Positions 27,191 to 36,420 of a stretch of DNA of 47,180 nt are shown here, in pieces. The notes beneath the pieces were generated by a model. That model saw only the letters and a list, made by a program, of their open reading frames with translations, was not told where the DNA came from and did not search any database. This DNA is from Phycisphaerales bacterium. Lineage in GTDB: Bacteria; Planctomycetota; Phycisphaerae; Phycisphaerales; SM1A02. Both the position numbers and the translations under genes were made by a program. Positions within the stretch are counted from its first letter, which is position 1. The number at the start of each line of letters is the position of its first letter. The DNA lies in contig JABABZ010000002.1 of the NCBI GenBank assembly GCA_014237965.1, positions 1-47,180 on the forward strand, in the 5' to 3' direction.

Positions 27191-29767
27191 TCAGTCCGCG
27201 AACTCTTCCAGTTCCTCTGGTGACCACGGCTGCACTCGGCCTTCGGTCGCCTCGCGGACCTTCGCCACGAATGCCGGCTCGATCGGATCCGCCGAGTTGT
27301 CCCACGCCTGACGGATGTAACTCATGACGGCCGCGAGATCGATGTCACTGGAATACGGGGCCGCCGGCATCGACTGGTTGTAGACCCGGCCATCGACCTT
27401 GATCCGACCCTGAAGCCCATGCAGGAGAATTCGCGTCAGACGTTCCGGATCACCAGTGACGAACGGACTCTCATCAAGCGGTGGGTACACGGGTGGAAGA
27501 CCTCGGCCGGTCGCCTGATGACATGTCATGCAATGCCCGTAGAGGCGGCGGCCTCGGGCGATCAAACCGTCGGCCGATGTATCGATCTCGGTCACGGCCG
27601 TCGTCCCCGGACGGCCCACCCACCGCAGGACCGTGTCGACCGAACGAGCGGTCTCGGTGATTCGCGGATCACAATCCGCGGAATCCGCACCCAACATCGC
27701 GCTCCATCCCGCCGGACTCCCAAGCAGCATCATGGGTTTCGGTTTCTTCGCGTCCGGCTGGGTCTTCGCCGACACTCGGTCGAGAATCAGAAGGCTGGCG
27801 CCTGGTGCATCGGTGTGCCGCTCGGAGGCCAGTGCGAGCAGTGCCGTCACTTCATCAGGACGTCTCCGCTTCAAGACCGGATCCACCAATTCGCGGATCA
27901 CCTGACGCTGGGCGGGCCCCGGAACTCCCAACCACCCACCATGACGAGGGTCGCCCTGACTCCGGAGCATCGCGATCTCACGGCCCGCGAGTCCATTCAC
28001 GACCGCTCTTCGAACCGCCTCGTCCTCGACCTGTTCTGCGAGAATCGAGTCGAAGAGCGGCATCGCCTCGCTTGAGGGAAGTTCGCCGATCGAGAGCAGG
28101 GCTTGAATTCGAACCCGATCGACCTCGTCGGAAGCGAGCTTGCTCAGCGGCCCGGACTGAAGGTGGGGTGGAAGAGACTCCGAGATTCTCGCCGCGTGCT
28201 CTCGAATCAAGGAGTCGGGGTCGGCGACCAGCATCTCGATGACCGCCGAGTCGATCAAGTCGATCCCATCCAGCGTCCAGATCGCGTGAAGCCGGATCTC
28301 CGGACTCATGTCCCGATCGACCGCGATCGCACGCAGTTCACCACCGACATCCGAAGCCTGTCGTTCGACGAGAAGTCTCTGGGCGGTATCTCGAACGACG
28401 CCATTCGGATTCAACGCCATCACTTCGACCAGATCCTGGTTGTTCATTCGAGCGAGAACGGGTGAGTCATCCCGCACCGCAGCGCCTTCGTCGACCACAC
28501 GCCAGATCCGACCCATTCCGATCGGCGCCGCAAGACCTCGATCCTCGACCTGTTTTCGAAGCCAGGAGGTCATGTAGATTCGATGTTGAACGATCCCCCT
28601 CGCGAAGTCGACGATGTAGAGGCCTCCATCCGGTCCGGTCAGGAGATTGACCGGTCGGAACCGTTCGTCGGTCGACGCGAGGAATTCCGACCGCTCATGA
28701 ACCTGTGTCGCGACCGGAACACCATTCCTATCCTGCAAGTCATATCGCTTGACGAGATTGCCGGCGGTTTCACAGACGAACGCGTCTCCTTCGGCACCTT
28801 CGACGAGGGTTCCTCGAAACACTTCAGGACCACACGCGGCGGTGAAGTTTCGAAGGGTCCCATCTTCTCGAAGCGTCGCCTTCTGATATCCACGATTGAC
28901 TCCGGGGTTCATCCGGATCGGCCAGGTGGAACGGTCGGTCGCCACCCGCCGCGGAACACCCGGCAATCCTCCCGCTTCCGGATTTCGCGCCGAGTAGTGC
29001 TTGGGGAATGCATCACCGATCAGAGGATCGGAATTCGGCGAGTAGAAGAGGCGGCCGAAGTCATCTCTCGCGACACCCCATTGACCGTGTCTCGGAACGG
29101 TTCTCGTCTCGATGTCGAGATCGCCGTCCGGCCGTTTTCGGAGTCGAAAGGACTGGTGGTGCTGGGATGTCTCATAGAAGTTGTCGATGCCGTAACGAAG
29201 CCCGTTTCCCGCATGTTCCGGGTTCTGGAGTCCGGCGAATCCCGAAACCAGAACCTGGGTCTCGTCGGCACGACCATCTCCGTCGGTGTCTCGACAGTAG
29301 AGAAGGTTCGGTGGCTCGATGAGCAAGAGACCATCAAAGGCCGGTGCGATCCCGCGAGGGAGAATGAGGTGGTCGAGAAACACATCGGCTTGATCCATGA
29401 CCCCGTCGCCATCCTGGTCATGAAGTTTCACCACCCGACCGACCGGTGCCTTCTCTCCTTCTCCATTCGCATCGGGCATGTATCCCCGCATCTCCACCAC
29501 CCAGAGATCCCCATGGGAGTCGAACGCGATCTGGACCGGATCTCCGATCAAGGGTTCGCTGGCCACGAGGTCGATTCGATAGCCGGGTTGGAGTACGAAC
29601 GCATCCCTGGATGCTTCGGGAGACAGTGGGGGAGATGGTGGAAGTCGCCACTCTTCCGGGAGCTCCCGCTGTACCTCACCCGCCCGATCACCGTTCTGGG
29701 CGATGGCGGTGGAGGCACTCAGAATCAACAAGATGACGAACGTGGCGGGTCGCGTGGTCGGGATCAT
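27191..29767 (-). CDS. PVC-type membrane-bound-dehydrogenase-domain / HEAT-repeat / cytochrome c (CxxCH) protein
   Basis: Trimmed to ATG 29767 (signal ATFVILLILSASTAIAQ). N-terminal propeller-type motif PGYRIDLVASEPLIGDPVQIAFDSHGDLWVVEMRGYM. Central HEAT-like helical repeats. C-terminal haem site YGHCMTCHQATGRGLPPVYPPL. Confidence 0.8.
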   Translation of the reverse strand: MIPTTRPATFVILLILSASTAIAQNGDRAGEVQRELPEEWRLPPSPPLSPEASRDAFVLQPGYRIDLVASEPLIGDPVQIAFDSHGDLWVVEMRGYMPDANGEGEKAPVGRVVKLHDQDGDGVMDQADVFLDHLILPRGIAPAFDGLLLIEPPNLLYCRDTDGDGRADETQVLVSGFAGLQNPEHAGNGLRYGIDNFYETSQHHQSFRLRKRPDGDLDIETRTVPRHGQWGVARDDFGRLFYSPNSDPLIGDAFPKHYSARNPEAGGLPGVPRRVATDRSTWPIRMNPGVNRGYQKATLREDGTLRNFTAACGPEVFRGTLVEGAEGDAFVCETAGNLVKRYDLQDRNGVPVATQVHERSEFLASTDERFRPVNLLTGPDGGLYIVDFARGIVQHRIYMTSWLRKQVEDRGLAAPIGMGRIWRVVDEGAAVRDDSPVLARMNNQDLVEVMALNPNGVVRDTAQRLLVERQASDVGGELRAIAVDRDMSPEIRLHAIWTLDGIDLIDSAVIEMLVADPDSLIREHAARISESLPPHLQSGPLSKLASDEVDRVRIQALLSIGELPSSEAMPLFDSILAEQVEDEAVRRAVVNGLAGREIAMLRSQGDPRHGGWLGVPGPAQRQVIRELVDPVLKRRRPDEVTALLALASERHTDAPGASLLILDRVSAKTQPDAKKPKPMMLLGSPAGWSAMLGADSADCDPRITETARSVDTVLRWVGRPGTTAVTEIDTSADGLIARGRRLYGHCMTCHQATGRGLPPVYPPLDESPFVTGDPERLTRILLHGLQGRIKVDGRVYNQSMPAAPYSSDIDLAAVMSYIRQAWDNSADPIEPAFVAKVREATEGRVQPWSPEELEEFAD

Positions 29768-29852
29768 GCTGAGAGTGTAGATCCGTCGACCTCCAGATCG
29801 AAAGAATCGAATTCGGAATCCTTCATCTTCCTGACGGGTATGCTCACACACC

Positions 29853-31088
29853 ATGACAAAGACCCCTCTCCGAACCGTGATTCAGGTCTTCCTTGTTCTT
29901 CTTGGGACACCCGCCACCAGCTCGGCTCAGGAACTCGCCACAGAGGTACGTCCGTCGTGGTGGGTGTCGCTCCCGACGACTCCACTCTTCACCGCTCCCG
30001 CCGTGGGTGATGATCTTCCCAAGGGATGGTCCGTGGTCGGTGGACCTGCGAAGTTCGAATTCACGACCGATGCGAAAGGTCGTCTCGAGTTGCAGGGGAC
30101 CGGATCCGCACCTCGGAACGCGTTTCTCGCGAGTCCCGCTTCCTATGGTGACTTTCTCCTCGAATTCGAGGTCTTCATAGAGAAGGACGGTGGGAACTCG
30201 GGAGTTCAGATCAGAAGCACCGTCGATGGTTCGCGGATGTTCGGTTACCAGATCGAGATCGATCCATCCGATCGTGCCTGGTCTGCGGGGCTCTACGACG
30301 AAGGCCGCCGAGGGTGGATCGCATCACTTGAAGACAACAAGGATGCACAAGAAGCGTTTGCGCCCGGCGCGTGGAATCACTATCGGATTCTTGCCGTCGG
30401 TCCTCGGATTCGAACCTGGATCAATGATGTCCCAGCCGTCGATCACCTTGACTTCATGGATGCCCGAGGGCGCTTCGGATTCCAGGTTCACTCTGGTCGA
30501 TGTGACGTGCGGTGGCGGAACATCCGAATCGCCGACCTTGGTGAACGAACCGATGTGAAGATGTTCGATGCCTCACAACGATCCGGTTTTCATGTGACAC
30601 CGGAAGGTGGTGTTTCACTGGTGGATGGCGGATGGGTGATGGATCGTGAAGGTGCTCGACTCGAAAGCGTCGAGCCGATCCAGGATGTTCCGAGTGTCTT
30701 GACCATCAGCTCCACCATCGGCCAGGGGCTGCTCTTCATCGAGATGGGTGACATCGTCCAGGGTCCGGGGTACAGCTTGAAGATCCCCGGGCCGCTTGGT
30801 TCTTCCGAGAAACCCGGGGTGATCCGGATTCTCCGGTTCCTTGATCAACTGCGTGTTCTGGTGGATGGCGTGCCGTTGGTACCGGGACCACCGGACATCG
30901 ATGGCGATTTTCCGCTGAGCATTTCATGCGGCATCGGTACTGATGTCGTGATTCACGAGATCTCGATCAACCTTCCATCGTCGACCGAATCGATGTGGAT
31001 TGAAAAGATGCGGAAGTCGAGCCCGGTACGGGTTGATGATCCGAAGGGCGACTCGAAGACCGAACGTGATTCGGAAGTCGATCCCTGA
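29853..31088 (+). CDS. DUF1080 (3-keto-disaccharide-hydrolase-like) domain protein with extra C-terminal domain
   Basis: Signal VIQVFLVLLGTPATSSAQE. DUF1080 pattern YGDFLLEFEVFIEKDGGNSGVQIRS...GYQIEIDPS...WNHYRILAVGPRIRTWINDVP...GRFGFQVHSGRCDVRWRNIRIADL. About 170 aa follow that I cannot assign. Confidence 0.8.
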   Translation: MTKTPLRTVIQVFLVLLGTPATSSAQELATEVRPSWWVSLPTTPLFTAPAVGDDLPKGWSVVGGPAKFEFTTDAKGRLELQGTGSAPRNAFLASPASYGDFLLEFEVFIEKDGGNSGVQIRSTVDGSRMFGYQIEIDPSDRAWSAGLYDEGRRGWIASLEDNKDAQEAFAPGAWNHYRILAVGPRIRTWINDVPAVDHLDFMDARGRFGFQVHSGRCDVRWRNIRIADLGERTDVKMFDASQRSGFHVTPEGGVSLVDGGWVMDREGARLESVEPIQDVPSVLTISSTIGQGLLFIEMGDIVQGPGYSLKIPGPLGSSEKPGVIRILRFLDQLRVLVDGVPLVPGPPDIDGDFPLSISCGIGTDVVIHEISINLPSSTESMWIEKMRKSSPVRVDDPKGDSKTERDSEVDP

Positions 31089-31097
31089 TTCGATCGA

Positions 31098-32030
31098 TCA
31101 CCCGGCAGCGCGTGGCCAGACCTGGCGGTTTGCGGCGACTACCCGGTCGCGGCCCGCTTTCTTGGCCTCATAGAGTGCCTGGTCCGCCGCCGCGATCAGT
31201 TTCTCTGGTGTTGGAGTCCCCGAAACACAGGTGAGATCCGCCACGCCGAAGGATGCGGAAATCCGAACTCCCGGTCGATCGGACCATTGAATCTCGGCGA
31301 TTCGGACCCGATGACGATCTGCGACCTCCATGGTCTCCTTGAGATCCGTACCCGGCGCGATGATCGCGAATTCCTCGCCGCCATATCGACAAGCGACGTC
31401 GGGTGATCGGCCGCTTGCCAGGATGGATGCCGCCCGCTCGAGAACCTCGTCTCCGAAGGGATGGCCATGGGAGTCGTTCAGGCTCTTGAATCGATCGAGG
31501 TCGCAAAGCACAAGGGAGAGCGGGTTTCCATATCGAATCGCGGAAGCGGTTTCTGCTTCCAGTCGATCATCGAGATAGGCGCGGTTCCAGAGTCCGGTGA
31601 GCCCGTCGAGCTGGGCTCTTTGTGCAAGCAACTTGACCAGACGCTGCATCCGAAGGGCTGATCGAACCCTCGCCTTGAGTTCTCCGACATCGAATGGTTT
31701 TCCAACGAAATCGACGGCGCCGAGATCGAGTCCGCGAACCCGGTCCATCGTTTCATTGCTGGCGGAGACGAAGATCACCGCGATGTCCCGAGTGATGGGA
31801 TCAGCCTTGAGTCGGGCCAGAACCTCGAAACCATCAAGGTCTTCAAGGTCGATGTCGAGAAGGATCACTTCTGGTTGAAGTTCCTTGGCGGCGGCGATCC
31901 CCTCGTCCGCGGTGAGAACGGAATGAAGATCGATCCGTTCATGACGCAACCGTGCTCGGAGAAGCCGATGGACGAGATCCGAGTCATCGATCGCGAGTAC
32001 CCGCGGCCGCATCGGTTCATCGTGAGACAT
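31098..32030 (-). CDS. Response-regulator receiver + GGDEF diguanylate cyclase (PleD/WspR-like)
   Basis: REC domain (VLAIDDSDLVHRLL...VILLDIDLEDLDGFEVL...KPF). GGDEF domain with an active-site GGEEF, and an RxxD I-site (RSPD) exactly 5 residues upstream. Confidence 0.9.
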   Translation of the reverse strand: MSHDEPMRPRVLAIDDSDLVHRLLRARLRHERIDLHSVLTADEGIAAAKELQPEVILLDIDLEDLDGFEVLARLKADPITRDIAVIFVSASNETMDRVRGLDLGAVDFVGKPFDVGELKARVRSALRMQRLVKLLAQRAQLDGLTGLWNRAYLDDRLEAETASAIRYGNPLSLVLCDLDRFKSLNDSHGHPFGDEVLERAASILASGRSPDVACRYGGEEFAIIAPGTDLKETMEVADRHRVRIAEIQWSDRPGVRISASFGVADLTCVSGTPTPEKLIAAADQALYEAKKAGRDRVVAANRQVWPRAAG

Positions 32031-32050
32031 TTTGGCTCCCGGGCTCGACT

Positions 32051-32392
32051 TCAGGAATCCGCCGGACGCACCGCGGCCCGGCAGTTGTTGATCAGGTCTT
32101 CGACCCGCTCGGAAAGATCGGAGACCATCGCTTCATCGGTGAGCAGGTCGTATTCGAGACGGGCGGCGGAATCTCCGATCGACTCGAACCCGTATCCGCC
32201 CGCCGCACCTTTGAGTTGATGTGAGATTCGCTGTAGCGCGACCACATCTTCTGAGAGGAAGGCTGATCGAATCATCTCGACCCGTTGTTCCATCTCGTCG
32301 ACGAAGTGGACGATCAGATCCCGGAGGTCCGGGTCACACTCGTAAGTGCTGTGCAGGGGTGGGGTTTCGTTTGATTCAGGAAAGTGATCCAT
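32051..32392 (-). CDS. Hpt (histidine phosphotransfer) domain protein
   Basis: 113 aa with the phospho-accepting motif ISHQLKGAAGGYGF. Ends 20 nt upstream of the REC-GGDEF gene on the same strand. Confidence 0.85.
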   Translation of the reverse strand: MDHFPESNETPPLHSTYECDPDLRDLIVHFVDEMEQRVEMIRSAFLSEDVVALQRISHQLKGAAGGYGFESIGDSAARLEYDLLTDEAMVSDLSERVEDLINNCRAAVRPADS

Positions 32393-32588
32393 GCCAGATC
32401 CATCGGCAGATCACGCGCCGTGCTTCCCTGTCTCGCCTTTGTCTGAAGGGTGATCGGACGAACATCGATGATCCCGTCGGTACAAACCTCACAGGCGGCA
32501 CCAGTGAACCGTCTGGATGATCGTCCGAGTACCATGACGGAACACCTTGTCCGAGGTTGGGGACGCCCCTGACTTCCGGAGTTTCAAC

Positions 32589-33569
32589 ATGATTCCCAAG
32601 CAACCGCCCCGAGACGGGCAGTCTGGCTTCTTGTATCTCCCGCCCTACCGCGTCCACGGGATCAGTGTGGCGGGTGAATACACCACCATCACGATTCCCG
32701 AGTTCGGGATCACCTTCGACATGGGCCAATGCACCCGTGCGTCGTTGACCAGCGACCTCATCGCTCTGAGTCATTCGCACATGGATCATGTAGGTGCGAT
32801 TCCCTATTGGTTCAGTCAGCGGTATTTCCAGAAGTTGGAGGGTGGTCGCATCCTCTGTCATCCGGAAGTGGCTGGTCCGCTTCGTCGCATGCTCGATTCC
32901 TGGGTTGATCTGGAACGACAGAAGACTCCGAACGAGGTCGTGGAGATAGAACCGGACTCCGACATCGAAGTCCGACAGAACATCATTCTTCGAGCCATCG
33001 AGACCCGACACACCTGTCCGAGTCTTGGGTATGCGATCATCGAGAATCGTCACAAGTTGAAGCCTGAATTCGTGGATCTCCCCCAGAGTGAACTCCGTCG
33101 AATCCGAGGTGAGGGTGAGGAGCTCACGGTCAAGACGGAGATCCCCCTGATCGCGTACACCGGTGACACCGATCGGGGTGAATTCCTGGAGCGTGATGAG
33201 TTTGCGAAGGCGAAGATCGTCATCGCCGAATGCACGTTCTTCGACGAGGATCATCGAAGCCGCGCACGAATCGGCCGGCATCTTCACCTTGATGACCTCG
33301 CGGAAATCCTTCCAAAGTGGGAGGCGGAGCATGTCGTGTTGGTTCACCTCTCACGAAGAACACTTCTCTCTGACGCACGCGAACGACTTGCGACACTTGG
33401 AGATGATGCGGACCGTGTGCATCTCCTCATGGACCATCGCACGAATCGGCGGCGATACGAATCACAACTCGCTGGAGTCGTGGGAGTTGACGACACGAAA
33501 ACCGAGAGTGAATCAACCGAAAAGTCAAATGGTTCCATCACTTCAGAGGGACTTCCAGAGAAAGGTTGA
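32589..33569 (+). CDS. MBL-fold metallo-hydrolase, RNase Z/BN-like
   Basis: Motif HxHxDH in LSHSHMDHVGAIPYW, with downstream His/Asp motifs (ETRHTCPSLGY, AYTGDTD, VLVHLS). Trimmed to ATG 32589; the ORF-track start is TTG 32547. Confidence 0.75.
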   Translation: MIPKQPPRDGQSGFLYLPPYRVHGISVAGEYTTITIPEFGITFDMGQCTRASLTSDLIALSHSHMDHVGAIPYWFSQRYFQKLEGGRILCHPEVAGPLRRMLDSWVDLERQKTPNEVVEIEPDSDIEVRQNIILRAIETRHTCPSLGYAIIENRHKLKPEFVDLPQSELRRIRGEGEELTVKTEIPLIAYTGDTDRGEFLERDEFAKAKIVIAECTFFDEDHRSRARIGRHLHLDDLAEILPKWEAEHVVLVHLSRRTLLSDARERLATLGDDADRVHLLMDHRTNRRRYESQLAGVVGVDDTKTESESTEKSNGSITSEGLPEKG

Positions 33570-33716
33570 CGAGAGGCCTTCTCTGGGAGTACATTCCTTC
33601 TTCGCGACCACGGTGGGCTTCGTTGGTCGGGTGTTCCGAAATGAACCACATCAGGTCACCTGTTGTTCCAGGGTTTCCTGATTCACGAGCGATGACGCCG
33701 CGTGGAGGCTGTCGAC

Positions 33717-35099
33717 ATGTCGAGACCAGATCCGGAACTTCGTAGAGACCTCATCGCACATTTGAGGTCGAATCACCCGGAGATGTGCCGTGCGTGGTTC
33801 GATGACATCGAGCCGGTTGACTTTGATAGTGGTGTTCTCCGCCTCTGTGTTCGGGAGCCGGTGCAACTTCGCTATTTGCAGCGTGCCTGCATGGATCCAT
33901 TCAAGGAAGCCGCCCAGGCGGTGACCGGAATGCTTGTTTCCGTGCGATTCATTGCTCCAGAAGAGTGTGAGCAGCCGGAACCAAGTGAATTGGCGATGGG
34001 AAATGGCCGCCAGAAAGCCGCCTCACGAAGCGAGGGGATCGATCTTGCCGCCGAGCAGATGGTTCTGAGCCCTGATTACGTCTTCGATAACTTCATCGTC
34101 GGCCCTGGCAACCGCCTGGCGTTGATGGCGGCTTCGGCGGTCGCGGAGAAGCCTGGGCGAGCGTACAACCCGTATTTCATCCATGGTGGTGTCGGACTTG
34201 GGAAGACTCATCTCCTTCAAGCCATCTGTCAGCTGATTCTGGCGGACCGACCTGACGCAAACATCTGCTACATCTCATGTTCCACCTTCATGGACCTCTT
34301 CCATGAGTGTGTGAAAGAAGGTCGGATGCAGGACTTCCGTCATCACTTCCGGACAGCCGATGTCCTGGTGATCGACGACATCCACTTCTTGTCGAAGCAT
34401 GATCGGAGCCAGGAGGAGTTCTTCCACACCTTCAACGCCCTGTATCAGTCAGGCCGGCAGATCGTCCTCAGTTCTGACGCCGCCCCGGCGGAAATCCCGG
34501 ATCTTGAGGAGCGTCTGACGAGTCGATTCAACTGTGGGTTGGTGGCCAGAATCGAGCGTCCTTGCTACGAGACCCGTGTTGCGATCCTCAAAGCGAAAGC
34601 CGCCCTCCATGATCTGGAACTCCCTGATGACGTCCCGGCGTACATCGCGGCGAGACTGGACACCAATATCCGTGAACTGGAGGGTGCGCTCTCGAGAATT
34701 CGCGGGTTCGCACTCGCCGAGAACGAGCCGATCACCCTTGAGCTTGCCAAGAAAGCACTGGCCGACGACCCCTCAAGGGGGACTGGTGAGGATGGAGCGG
34801 CCCCATCGATCCAGACCATCATCGAGTCTGTGACCCGTTATTACGACGTGAAGCTGACCGATCTGTTGAGCAAGAGACGCCATAAATCGATCACGGTTCC
34901 AAGGCAGATCTGCATGTGGCTGGCTCGACGGCACACCCGATTCAGCCTGGAGGAGATCGGTGGCTACTTTGGTGGTCGCGATCACACCACCGTGATGCAT
35001 GCGATTCGGGCGGTGAATCGGCGTCGAGACGAGGATTCGTCTTTCTCTGACGCACTGGATCGACTTGAAACCAACGTTCTGGGACGGGTGGAAGCCTGA
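33717..35099 (+). CDS. dnaA: Chromosomal replication initiator protein DnaA
   Basis: Walker A GGVGLGKTHLLQAI, Walker B VLVIDDIHFL, sensor/box VII regions, and the domain IV DNA-binding signature GGRDHTTVMHAIRAV. ATG 33717 is preferred; a GTG at 33702 is also possible. Confidence 0.97.
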   Translation: MSRPDPELRRDLIAHLRSNHPEMCRAWFDDIEPVDFDSGVLRLCVREPVQLRYLQRACMDPFKEAAQAVTGMLVSVRFIAPEECEQPEPSELAMGNGRQKAASRSEGIDLAAEQMVLSPDYVFDNFIVGPGNRLALMAASAVAEKPGRAYNPYFIHGGVGLGKTHLLQAICQLILADRPDANICYISCSTFMDLFHECVKEGRMQDFRHHFRTADVLVIDDIHFLSKHDRSQEEFFHTFNALYQSGRQIVLSSDAAPAEIPDLEERLTSRFNCGLVARIERPCYETRVAILKAKAALHDLELPDDVPAYIAARLDTNIRELEGALSRIRGFALAENEPITLELAKKALADDPSRGTGEDGAAPSIQTIIESVTRYYDVKLTDLLSKRRHKSITVPRQICMWLARRHTRFSLEEIGGYFGGRDHTTVMHAIRAVNRRRDEDSSFSDALDRLETNVLGRVEA

Positions 35100-35562
35100 A
35101 TCCCGATCAACCAGAGAGTCTTTGGTCGCACTCTGAGATCCACAACCCCACCCGGAGCGAATCTGACGCTTCTGGTGGGGTTTTCAATATCCGAAGCCTT
35201 GGGTGATCTTCTCCACATCCAATGTGGATGAATCGGTCGACAAGCGCCGTTGTGGATTCTGGTTCTGCGTTCAGAAAGACAGTGATCGGTGAGCCAGCGG
35301 TCGCGCACTTGAAACTCGCCAAGATGCCGCCACCCACCAACGAAAGATGACGTCTAATCGACAAAACGCCACGACGTCACTCAAGTGTGTAAAGTTCGCT
35401 ATTAGGGTGGTTTATGTTTGAGGGACACCAATTCTCCACAAACCGGCGCCTCTTTCCTAAGAGAGAAGAGATAAAGAACCTTTCTCTCTTCGGAAGGGAA
35501 CTTCGGGCACCTTTTCAGATATGTGTGCGTGTTGTGGAGAACTTCTGAATCAACCACCCTGT
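35100..35562. other. Candidate chromosomal origin of replication (oriC)
   Basis: Non-coding spacer between the dnaA stop and the convergent mutM stop, visibly less GC-rich than its flanks. Six 9-mers share the TCCACA core, scored against TTATCCACA. 35136-35144 agatccaca (7/9). 35209-35217 ttctccaca (8/9). 35223-35231 tgtggatga (reverse, 8/9). 35251-35259 tgtggattc (reverse, 7/9). 35432-35440 ttctccaca (8/9). 35533-35541 tgtggagaa (reverse, 8/9). AT-richer stretches lie at about 35382-35421 and 35455-35490. Confidence 0.6.
35146..35184 (+). terminator. Probable intrinsic terminator of dnaA
   Basis: CCCCACC (35146-35152) pairs with GGTGGGG (35174-35180) and is followed by TTTT (35181-35184). 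The 21-nt interior can extend the stem (GAGCG/CGCTT). Confidence 0.6.
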
Positions 35563-36420
35563 TCAGCCCTGGCAGGTCGGGCAGAAGGTCGAGGATCGTG
35601 AAGCGATCTGGATCACCTCGAGCTGTCGCCCGCAGGACAGACATGGTTCACCTCCTCGACCATAGACCTCATGCTCCCCGACGAACCCTCCTGGTGATCC
35701 ATCGGGAAGGACATGATCTCGCAAAGTGCTTCCACCAACCTGAATCGCTCGTTTGAGGGTCAACCGAATCGCCGCCGCGAGCCGCTTCGCTTCAACCAAA
35801 GAGATCGAGCGGCCTGACCGTTCAGGATGAACACCAGCACGATGCAACGCTTCGTCGGCGTAGATGTTCCCCACACCAGCCAATACGGACTGGTCAAGAA
35901 GAGCAGCCTTCACAGCCCGCCTGGTTCGGCCCAGACGCTCACCGAGATGAATCCCCTGGATCGAGGTCGCCTCCGGCCCAAGACCTGCCAGAAGGCGTTC
36001 CCGGCAATCCTCAATCGAGCTGAACAAGTACACACCGCCGAAACGCCTTGGATCGATGAACGACATTCGGATCGGACTTTGTGAAGGCCGCGACGGTTCA
36101 ATCATCCAAGCCAGGTGCTGGTGAGCGGTCGCGGGATTCCGTTTCGAGCCGTCCCCAAGCGTGATTCGTCCCGACATCCCCAATCTGACGACCATTCCAC
36201 CGCCATTCGAGAATTCCACCACCAGCTGTTTTCCTCTTCTGTCCACGGAATCAACAACATGACTCCGACCAAGATGTCCGGTGAAGAGACGCCCCTCTCG
36301 GCGGTTGGATCGATCTCGAACCACATCACGACGGTGAACCACAACCCTGCGAATACGACCACCCATCACCACATCCCGCACTTGTCGGCGGATCGCTTCG
36401 ACTTCAGGAAGTTCAGGCAT
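35563..36420 (-). CDS. mutM: Formamidopyrimidine-DNA glycosylase (Fpg/MutM family)
   Basis: Trimmed to ATG 36420, giving the canonical N-terminus MPELPEVE (catalytic Pro2, Glu3). H2TH region, and a C-terminal zinc finger CLSCGRQLEVIQIASRSSTFCPTCQ. Confidence 0.9.
   Translation of the reverse strand: MPELPEVEAIRRQVRDVVMGGRIRRVVVHRRDVVRDRSNRREGRLFTGHLGRSHVVDSVDRRGKQLVVEFSNGGGMVVRLGMSGRITLGDGSKRNPATAHQHLAWMIEPSRPSQSPIRMSFIDPRRFGGVYLFSSIEDCRERLLAGLGPEATSIQGIHLGERLGRTRRAVKAALLDQSVLAGVGNIYADEALHRAGVHPERSGRSISLVEAKRLAAAIRLTLKRAIQVGGSTLRDHVLPDGSPGGFVGEHEVYGRGGEPCLSCGRQLEVIQIASRSSTFCPTCQG

Noticed and set aside
35402-35644. 80-aa minus-strand ORF, plus 34982..35308 and 35107..35364 (-), inside the dnaA-mutM spacer
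   Set aside because: They span the putative oriC, overlap the mutM 3' end or the dnaA 3' end, and have no SD or recognisable motif. A DnaA-box cluster explains the region better.
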